A stretch of 64,000 nt of DNA from NCBI GenBank assembly GCA_028282405.1, contig JANQIA010000001.1:5672-69671 (forward strand), in the 5' to 3' direction. A program made the position numbers and the translations under genes. Positions 1-7,349 of the stretch are shown piece after piece. The notes below the pieces were generated by a model. That model ran no database searches and had not been told where the DNA came from. It saw nothing but the letters and a program-made list of their open reading frames with translations. The DNA comes from Rhodovibrionaceae bacterium. GTDB lineage: Bacteria; Pseudomonadota; Alphaproteobacteria; Kiloniellales; DSM-21159. Each line of letters starts with the position of its first letter. Position 1 is the first letter of the stretch.

Positions 1-104
1 CGGCAGGGCCGCCGGCATCTCCGAAATCGTGAATAGTCCGACGCGTTGCTGCTCGTCCTGGGCAGCTCTCTTCGCGTCCCCGTTCAACAAGGGAGGCCAA
101 ATCC

Positions 105-1349
105 ATGACCATGAATAGACGAGATTTAATGAAAACTGCGGCCGCAAGCTCAGCGCTTTTGGCTGCGCCGGGAATCATCGGCCGCGCTTATGCATCGGAT
201 ACGATCAGGGTAGGCGCCCTCTATTCTCAAACCGGTGGCTTGTCGGTGGTGGAGAAATTGCTCTCTAGTGCCGTTCAGTTGGCGGTCGACGAGATCAACG
301 CCGATGGGGGTGTGTTGGGTCAACAGGTCGAGGTCGTCGTAGAAGACGGCGCATCGGATCCAAAGACCTTCAACGAGAAAGCGTCGAAGTTGATCCTGCG
401 CGACAGGATCTCGAACATCTTCGGTTGCCACACGTCTGCGAGCCGGAAGGCGGTTCTACCGATCTTCGAGCGCCGCAACGCGATGTTGTACTATCAGACT
501 CATTATGAGGGTTTTGAGTGCTCCCGAAACGTCCTCTACACGGGCGCGGTTCCCAACCAGCAACTGGGCAATTTGATCCCCTGGTTGGTCAATACCCACG
601 GCAGGAAGAAGATCTTCATCGTTGGGTCGAACTACGTCTATCCCAAAGAGATGGCCAAGGTGACAAAGAAGCTTTTGGCCGACAACGGCGCGGAATGGAT
701 CGCGGACGAGTATCTGGAGCTGGGCCATTCCGAATGGGCATCCATGGTCAAGAAGATCAAAGACTCGGGCTGTGATGCCGTGGTGTCGAATGTGGTCGGC
801 GATTCAATCATCGCCTTCTATCGCGAGTTCAAGAACCAGGGTATCTCGCAAGAGGACATTCCAATCTGCGCCACGGTGACGGGTGAGATCGAAATTCAGG
901 CAATGGGCGCGGAGTTTGCCGCAGGCAGCTTCACGTCCGTTCCCTATTTCCAATCGATCGACACCGATGCGAACCGCGCATTCGTCGAGAGCTTCCGCAA
1001 GAAAGTGAATGATCCGAAAGTGGTGACCTATCACTCCCTGGAAGCCGCTTACTTCCAGGTGTTCATCTGGAAACAGGCCGTTGAGGCAGCCGGCACCCTG
1101 GACATCGATGCTGTTCGGGAAAAGCTCGGCGGACAGAGCTATGACGCACCGGGCGGCACCGTCACGATCGATGGCGACAATCTGCACGCGGCGCTGACGC
1201 CCCGCATCGGTGAGTGGCAGGAAGACGGGCAAAGCAAGATCATCGTGGCGTCCGACGGCAACATCAAACCGCTGCCCTATTCCGCGTATGGTGAGACGGC
1301 GGACAACCTGTTCTGCACCTCCCAAGGGCTGCTGAGAGACAAGCTCTAA
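105..1349 (+). CDS. ABC transporter periplasmic substrate-binding protein, urea/short-chain-amide type (UrtA/FmdD/AmiC-like)
   Basis: 414-aa ORF with GGGAGG RBS upstream. Tat-like signal: RRDLMKTAAASSALLAAPG...AYA. Family-typical blocks: GGVLGQQVEVVVEDGASDP, FGCHTSASRKAVLPIFE, YEGFE, PNQQ. First gene of a five-gene ABC operon. Confidence 0.85.
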   Translation: MTMNRRDLMKTAAASSALLAAPGIIGRAYASDTIRVGALYSQTGGLSVVEKLLSSAVQLAVDEINADGGVLGQQVEVVVEDGASDPKTFNEKASKLILRDRISNIFGCHTSASRKAVLPIFERRNAMLYYQTHYEGFECSRNVLYTGAVPNQQLGNLIPWLVNTHGRKKIFIVGSNYVYPKEMAKVTKKLLADNGAEWIADEYLELGHSEWASMVKKIKDSGCDAVVSNVVGDSIIAFYREFKNQGISQEDIPICATVTGEIEIQAMGAEFAAGSFTSVPYFQSIDTDANRAFVESFRKKVNDPKVVTYHSLEAAYFQVFIWKQAVEAAGTLDIDAVREKLGGQSYDAPGGTVTIDGDNLHAALTPRIGEWQEDGQSKIIVASDGNIKPLPYSAYGETADNLFCTSQGLLRDKL

Positions 1350-1431
1350 GCTTGCGCCAAACCAGAGGGCGGCGTCGCGGTTCACGTTCGGATCGTGGCG
1401 CCGCTCTCTGGCGGCAGTCGGGGAGCAGTCA

Positions 1432-2325
1432 ATGGCGGAAGTTTTGTTCATAGGCCTGAGCCTGAGCTCGATCTTGCTGCTGATCGCGCTCGGGCTGGCG
1501 ATTACCTATGGCGCCATGGGCGTCATAAACATGGCCCACGGCGATATGGTCATGATCGGGGCCTACGTCACGGTCATGTCGAAGATCTGGCTCGATCTGA
1601 GTTTCTTTGCTGCAATCCCCATCGCTTTCTTTGTCACGGCCTTGATCGGTCTGGTCATCGAACGCCTGGTTGTCAGGCGCTTGTACGGCCGTCTTCTCGA
1701 TACGCTCCTTGCCACCTGGGGAATCTCGATACTGCTCCAGCAGTCCATTCGTCTGGAGTTCGGTCTGTCCTTCTTCGGCATCAACATCGAGGGCTTGGGC
1801 CCCGGCCTGCAAAACGTCTCGGTCCCGTCCGTGCTGCAGGGAACCGTTCACGTGGCGGGGACGGATTTGAACGCTTATCGCGTCTTCATCATCGCCGTAA
1901 CCGCGGTCCTCACTCTCGTCACATGGGCGATACTCTACCGAACGTCGTTTGGGGTTCAGGTGCGAGCCATCATTCGCAATCCTCAAATGGCAGCGGCCTG
2001 CGGGATCGACGTCAAACGAGTCAACGCGCTGACCTTCGCATTCGGCTCCGGACTTGCCGGTGTGGCGGGCGTCATGATGTCCGGGTTCAAGACGGTGTTC
2101 CCGGACATGGGGAGCACCTTGGTTGTCGACGGGTTCCTCGTCGTGGTTGCAGGTGGGGTTGGCAGCATCTACGGCACGATTCTGGCGTCGGGTCTTCTTG
2201 GCGAGATCAACGCGCTCGTGGCGCTGTTCAGCAATGACATCATTGCCCGTGCCGTCGTGTTCGCCGTGGTCATTGCAGTGATCGTTCTCAAGCCCAAAGG
2301 GCTCTTCTCCTTCAAAGGGCGCTGA
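1432..2325 (+). CDS. ABC transporter permease (UrtB/LivH family)
   Basis: 297-aa polytopic hydrophobic ORF with LivH-like N-terminus (LSLSSILLLIALGLAITYGAMGVINMAHGD). Operon position is after the binding protein. Confidence 0.85.
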   Translation: MAEVLFIGLSLSSILLLIALGLAITYGAMGVINMAHGDMVMIGAYVTVMSKIWLDLSFFAAIPIAFFVTALIGLVIERLVVRRLYGRLLDTLLATWGISILLQQSIRLEFGLSFFGINIEGLGPGLQNVSVPSVLQGTVHVAGTDLNAYRVFIIAVTAVLTLVTWAILYRTSFGVQVRAIIRNPQMAAACGIDVKRVNALTFAFGSGLAGVAGVMMSGFKTVFPDMGSTLVVDGFLVVVAGGVGSIYGTILASGLLGEINALVALFSNDIIARAVVFAVVIAVIVLKPKGLFSFKGR

Positions 2326-2326
2326 G

Positions 2327-3484
2327 ATGGATTTGAAAAGAAAACTGCAGCTCGCCGCCTATGCTCTGTTCATTCTGTCGCTGTTTGCCGTTCCCCTGTT
2401 CACGGACGATTTCGGGCTCAATCGCGCATCCAAGTATTTGGTCTATGGGATGCTTGGGCTCTCCATTGCTTTGACCTGGGGCTATGCGGGCGTGCTGAAT
2501 TTGGGGCAGGGGCTCTTCTTCGGACTCGGCGCCTACATGATGGCGATGTCCTTGAAGCTGATGAGCCCGACGAGCCTTGCGCAGGGTTCGGACAAACCAA
2601 TCCCCGACTTCATGCTTTGGAACGCGGAACCCGATGCGCCTATCGAGCTCTGCTGCATCACGCCCGGCTCCTATCTTTGGATACCTTTTCAGGACCAATG
2701 GTTCGGTGTGGCGATGGGGATAGTGGTTCCTGTCGTGGTGGCGGGACTGCTTGGCGCGCTCGTATTCAAGAACCGCATCTCCGGCGTTTTCGTATCGATC
2801 ATCACCTTGGCCCTCGTTCTTCTCGTCCGCCTGATCGTGATCGATGCCCAGCCTGTGACGAATGGGTTCAACGGGCTAACCGACCTGGGCTTCTTCACCG
2901 TCTTTGGCTACGAGTTCGACCCCTATAGTCGGGAGATGTACTATCTTGTCGCGGTTTCGCTGGCGTTCGTGTTGGTCGCGGGACGATTGCTGGCGGACAC
3001 CCGCGCAAGCCTGATTCTTCAAGCCATTCGCGATGATCAGCAACGCGCCCGTCATCTCGGGTTCGATGTTCCTCTGTATCAGACGTTTTTCTTTGTCGTG
3101 TCCGCAGCGATTGCAGGCTATGCGGGCATGCTGTTCGTGCTGGTTTCGGAATTTGCATCCCCAACATTCATGGACCTTTCGTTTTCGGTGACGATGGTCG
3201 TCTGGGCCGCGGTCGGTGGACGGTCTTCGCTGCTGGGCGCGTGTATCGGCGCGATACTCATCAATGTCATCGAATCTCAGGTGAGCGAGACGGAAGCGCT
3301 CGTTGACGCCTGGAAGGCGATCATCGGTCTGATCTTTGTGTTGGTCGTGCTGTTCCTTCCGAGAGGCCTTGGCGGACTTGCCCACGACTTTGTGGATTGG
3401 CTCGCCAGGCGCGATCGGGAGAAAGCCCACGGTCTCGCGGCATCCTCGTCATCTCCCGAACGGGAGGTGAAGCAAGATGTCTGA
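2327..3484 (+). CDS. ABC transporter permease (UrtC/LivM family)
   Basis: 385-aa polytopic ORF starting 2 nt after the previous stop. LivM-like block: GYAGVLNLGQGLFFGLGAY. Confidence 0.85.
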   Translation: MDLKRKLQLAAYALFILSLFAVPLFTDDFGLNRASKYLVYGMLGLSIALTWGYAGVLNLGQGLFFGLGAYMMAMSLKLMSPTSLAQGSDKPIPDFMLWNAEPDAPIELCCITPGSYLWIPFQDQWFGVAMGIVVPVVVAGLLGALVFKNRISGVFVSIITLALVLLVRLIVIDAQPVTNGFNGLTDLGFFTVFGYEFDPYSREMYYLVAVSLAFVLVAGRLLADTRASLILQAIRDDQQRARHLGFDVPLYQTFFFVVSAAIAGYAGMLFVLVSEFASPTFMDLSFSVTMVVWAAVGGRSSLLGACIGAILINVIESQVSETEALVDAWKAIIGLIFVLVVLFLPRGLGGLAHDFVDWLARRDREKAHGLAASSSSPEREVKQDV

Positions 3485-4223
3485 TGCACTGACCCTCGAC
3501 AGGCTGACCGTGAAATTCGGCGCGTTTGTCGCCGTGGACGACGTGACGATGTCAATCGCCGACGGCGAGCTGCGCGTTCTGCTTGGCGCGAATGGGGCCG
3601 GCAAGACGACGTTGATGGACATGATATCCGGCCGCGTCCCTTGTACCCAGGGACACGTTCGGGTCTTCGGCCGCGACATCACAAACTGGCAAGAGCACAA
3701 GATCGCGGCGGCGGGCGTGGGCCGCAAGTTTCAGATACCGAGCGTCTTTCGTAACCTGACGGTGAAGCAGAACATCGAAGTTGCCCGATGCCATGGCCAA
3801 TCTGTTTTCAAGAACCTTCGTTTCGGAATGTCCCCGAGCGATAGCGATCGGGTTGCAGAGATTGTCGAGCTGATCGGACTAGCGGCGGTTCAGTCCCTAG
3901 TTGCTGCCCATCTTAGCCACGGTCAGACGCAGTGGTTGGAGTTGGGCATCCTGGTCGCGCAAGATCCGAAGGTCGTTTTGCTCGATGAGCCGACAGCGGG
4001 CATGACCCACGATGAGACCTATAAGACAGCCGAGATAATCCGAAGACTACGCGGCAACCATACCTTGTTGGTCATCGAGCACGACATGAGCTTCGTGCGG
4101 GAAATCGCCGAGATCATCACGGTGATGCATCTAGGCAAGGTGATCGCCGAAGGATCGGTTTCGGACATAGAAACGAATGACGAAGTTCGCGCAGCCTATT
4201 TGGGATCGGCGGGAATTTCGTGA
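3477..4223 (+). CDS. ABC transporter ATP-binding protein (UrtD/LivG family)
   Basis: Walker A GANGAGKTT, signature-like LSHGQTQWLELG, Walker B VVLLDEPTAGM. Overlaps neighbours at both ends, which suggests translational coupling. Confidence 0.9.
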   Translation: MSDALTLDRLTVKFGAFVAVDDVTMSIADGELRVLLGANGAGKTTLMDMISGRVPCTQGHVRVFGRDITNWQEHKIAAAGVGRKFQIPSVFRNLTVKQNIEVARCHGQSVFKNLRFGMSPSDSDRVAEIVELIGLAAVQSLVAAHLSHGQTQWLELGILVAQDPKVVLLDEPTAGMTHDETYKTAEIIRRLRGNHTLLVIEHDMSFVREIAEIITVMHLGKVIAEGSVSDIETNDEVRAAYLGSAGIS

Positions 4224-4918
4224 TGCTATCGATCAAGGACCTCAACAGTTTTTTCGGTCGCAGCCATGTTCTGCATGACATCTCGCTGGAGGTCGGCAAG
4301 GGAGACGTAACGTCGATCTTGGGCCGAAACGGGGTCGGCAAAACCACGCTGCTCAAGACGCTGATGGGCCTGTCGGATCGGGTTACGGGTGAGATCAATC
4401 TACAGGGACGCGACATCGCATCGAGCGAGCCTTATGCCAGGGCGCGTTCGGGTATCGCCTACGTGCCTCAGGGCCGAGAGATCATTCCCGATTTCACGGT
4501 TAGAGAGAACATCCTCATGGGAGGATTTGCTCGCGCGAACGGGAAACCCACCATACCGGACATCGTAGTCGAACTTTTCCCCTATCTACGCGACAACCTG
4601 GAACGCTCAGGGGGGCTTCTCTCAGGCGGCCAGCAACAACAACTGGCGATTGCCCGGGCTCTTGCGGCCGACCCTGGACTGCTTCTTCTCGATGAACCGA
4701 ACGAGGGTATTCAGCCGTCGATCGTCGAAGAGATTGAACAGGTGATTTTCAAGCTCAATCGAGACCTAGGGCTGACCGTCATTCTGGTGGAACAGAATGT
4801 GCGCTTTGCTCGGGAGATCTCCCATCGTTTTGCGATGATGGAGAAGGGACGCATCGTTGCAGAGGGACCGACAGCAGAACTGACCGACGATCTCGTGCAC
4901 GAGCATATGACGGTCTGA
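4220..4918 (+). CDS. ABC transporter ATP-binding protein (UrtE/LivF family)
   Basis: Walker A GRNGVGKTT, signature LSGGQQQQLAIARAL, Walker B LLLLDEP. GTGATG stop/start overlap with the previous gene. Confidence 0.9.
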   Translation: MMLSIKDLNSFFGRSHVLHDISLEVGKGDVTSILGRNGVGKTTLLKTLMGLSDRVTGEINLQGRDIASSEPYARARSGIAYVPQGREIIPDFTVRENILMGGFARANGKPTIPDIVVELFPYLRDNLERSGGLLSGGQQQQLAIARALAADPGLLLLDEPNEGIQPSIVEEIEQVIFKLNRDLGLTVILVEQNVRFAREISHRFAMMEKGRIVAEGPTAELTDDLVHEHMTV

Positions 4919-4942
4919 CCCAAAAGGGAGGAGAACATCAGG

Positions 4943-6472
4943 ATGAGCGAAACACCGGACTTGGGAACTCTGAGCGTCAGGGAGGTCCGTGACGGGCTTT
5001 CAAACGGTCGTTTCACTGCCGAGGCTTTGACTTTGGCGGCCCTCGCTCAGGTCGAGGCCATGAATCCGAAGTACAACGCGATCATCTTTGCAAACGAGGC
5101 GGCGCTGGAGACAGCGCGGGATGTCGACAGACGCATTGCCGACGGCGAGCCCGTCGGTCCCTTGGCCGGTGTGCCGGTGGTGATCAAAGATCCGATGGAC
5201 ATGAAGGGGTTCCCGACGACCGCCGGGTGGAGAAGGCTCTATTCCGAAGCCGGCGGTGTTGACTTGATGCCGGAACGCGACAGCCCGGTTGTCGCGCGGA
5301 TGCGAGCCGCCGATGCGATCATCCTCGGGAAGACCAATGTTCCGATTCTCAGTTGGACGGGCACTCATGCCAACGACAGTTGGGCAGGCCCGACGAAGAA
5401 TCCCGCTCACACCGAGCGGGTTCCGGGTGGCTCGAGCGCCGGGACGGCGGCCGCGGTCGCGAGCCATATGGCAGTCCTGGGATTGGCGGAGGAAACCGGC
5501 GGGTCGATCCAGAACCCGGCCTCCGCGCAGGGGCTGGTCGGAATCAAACCGACGATTGGGCTTGTCCCAAACGCCGGGGTGGTTCCCTTGTCGGGAAACC
5601 GGGATGTGGTCGGTCCCATTGCCCGCACCGTGGAAGACGCGGCTCATGGTCTTGATGTCCTGGCGGGGTTCACAAGCGAGGATCCCAAGACGCTGGCCTG
5701 CGTCGACAAGATCCCCCGAGAGGGATATGCCGCAAACTTGTCGAGGGATGGTTTGAAGGGAAAGCGGCTGGGTCTCTACGGCCCAGGGTGGCGGCCATAC
5801 GAGCTATCGCCGGAGACCGTCGAGCACTACGAACGAGCGAAAGGCGAGTTGGTCGAGGCCGGCGCTGAGCTCATCGAGGATCCGTTCAGCGGGACCGATT
5901 TTGCGAGCTATCGTCAAGTCACACCCGGGACGCCCTTTTTCGACGGCCGGGGACTTGAGTCCATCGCCTACGACATGACGTGTTATCTGAGGCGACTGGG
6001 TGACAATGCCGCGATCAAAACCTGGGATGAGTTCGCTGCCGCCACCCAGATCGAAGAGGTTACCGGCAAGGGCGGTATCCTTGGGTATCTCTATGAGCTG
6101 CCGGACTTTGTCGAGGCCATCAAGGTGCCGAGCCAGCCGCCTGAGATGCCACAGTTCATCGAACTCAAGCGCCGCTATCTAGAGCTGCTCGCGGAGGTCT
6201 TTGCACGACACGAATTGGACGGCCTGGTGTATCCGCAGATGATCGAAGAACTGCCGGAGTTGCATTCCGGTGACGCCATTCGGGAAACGACGGTTGGCGA
6301 ACTCAACATCGCAGGTCTGCCTGGGGTTACGGTTCCGGCTGGATACTATCGGTCCGGCGCACCCTTTGAACTGATATTCCTGGGGCAGCAGTGGACAGAG
6401 TCCGCGCTCATTCAACAGGCCTACGCCTATGAACAGGCAACACTACATCGCCGGCCGGCGGACTTGATGTAA
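4943..6472 (+). CDS. amidase (amidase-signature family)
   Basis: 509-aa ORF. AS-family motifs: KDPMDMKGFPTTAG and VPGGSSAGTAAAVA (GGSS core). Immediately downstream of the amide/urea-type importer. Confidence 0.85.
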   Translation: MSETPDLGTLSVREVRDGLSNGRFTAEALTLAALAQVEAMNPKYNAIIFANEAALETARDVDRRIADGEPVGPLAGVPVVIKDPMDMKGFPTTAGWRRLYSEAGGVDLMPERDSPVVARMRAADAIILGKTNVPILSWTGTHANDSWAGPTKNPAHTERVPGGSSAGTAAAVASHMAVLGLAEETGGSIQNPASAQGLVGIKPTIGLVPNAGVVPLSGNRDVVGPIARTVEDAAHGLDVLAGFTSEDPKTLACVDKIPREGYAANLSRDGLKGKRLGLYGPGWRPYELSPETVEHYERAKGELVEAGAELIEDPFSGTDFASYRQVTPGTPFFDGRGLESIAYDMTCYLRRLGDNAAIKTWDEFAAATQIEEVTGKGGILGYLYELPDFVEAIKVPSQPPEMPQFIELKRRYLELLAEVFARHELDGLVYPQMIEELPELHSGDAIRETTVGELNIAGLPGVTVPAGYYRSGAPFELIFLGQQWTESALIQQAYAYEQATLHRRPADLM

Positions 6473-6842
6473 CAGGATATTCCGGCGGACCCGTTTGAAC
6501 CTGATTTCGCTTTCTCGGCTTGCCGGGTCCCTCCGCAGGAGGGCCGTGCCTAAGCCAAGCCTTCAGGTTATGAGCTGCTATGTCCGAATGGCGACTTTTG
6601 GATCCACAGGCAGACCCTTCTGGCAGCTCTAAGAAATGGTCGCTTCTGGCCGAATTCAGCCACTTAGTGATCTCATGGCTCAGCTTGGGCCATCATGCTA
6701 CTGCTTGGAAGAGGTTCTGCTGCTCACGGCGGTTGCGCGCCCCCGCAACCAAATTAGTCTGCTGAACAGACGGGCCGCTCTAGTCGAACGGCTTTTCTTT
6801 GTTTGCGGCCAGGCCCAGAATACCAGCGAGAGGCAGTGTCAG

Positions 6843-7245
6843 ACTAATCTTGTTCAAAGGCGATCATTGGCATCCGGCGATGTGGCATCCCTTCCATTAC
6901 TTCAACGAGTCGTCTGATACTATCCGCCTAACGATGATAATTTAGATCCGATATCTGCTGTCGCTGCATCAGGTCTAGGATCTGCTGTTCGAACGTGGCA
7001 TCGATGTTTGTCATGAGACGGTGTGGATCTGGTGAAACCAGTTTTCATTGGTCTGACAGCACCTTAGGCAGTAGATAGTCAAGCTTGTCTTTATACCATA
7101 GCGACTAAGGCGGGAATGCCACGCTTGACTGCTGCGGACTTCGGGACGCATCCTGAAACGCTGCCAACGCGTTAGCTGTCCGTAGGCTGGCAACACGGTG
7201 CGAAGCCTTCAGCCCCGATCTTTTGCCTGTGATAAGTAGATTGCT
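6843..7245 (-). pseudogene. decayed ORF remnant with in-frame stops, family unassigned (possibly mobile-element derived)
   Basis: One minus-strand frame reads LLITGKRSGLKASHRVASLRTANALAAFQDASRSPQQSSVAFPP*SLWYKDKLDYLLPKVLSDQ*KLVSPDPHRLMTNIDATFEQQILDLMQRQQISDLNYHR*ADSIRRLVEVMEGMPHRRMPMIAFEQD*. That is about 130 codons interrupted by 3 stops. It lies in the low-GC island and I could not name the family from memory. Confidence 0.3.
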
Positions 7246-7265
7246 GTCAATGCCGTTCTCTGCTG

Positions 7266-7293
7266 TTGACTAAAACCGAAGGTTGTATAAACT
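7266..7293 (+). promoter_or_regulatory. putative sigma70-type promoter for the 725-aa ATPase gene
   Basis: TTGACT (7266-7271), 16-nt spacer, TAAACT (7288-7293), about 55 nt upstream of the TTG start. Pattern match only. Confidence 0.3.
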
Positions 7294-7349
7294 TAAGCCA
7301 ACAACAATGCGGCTGAGAAAGAGATCTCAATTCAAGGGGAAACTCGCAA

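Noticed and set aside
6586-6649. Two imperfect direct repeats: GAATGGCGACTTTTGG (6586-6601) and AAATGGTCGCTTCTGG (6634-6649)
   Set aside because: Only about 11 of 16 positions match. They vaguely recall small alphaproteobacterial intergenic repeats, but I cannot name or verify a family, and they may be chance.
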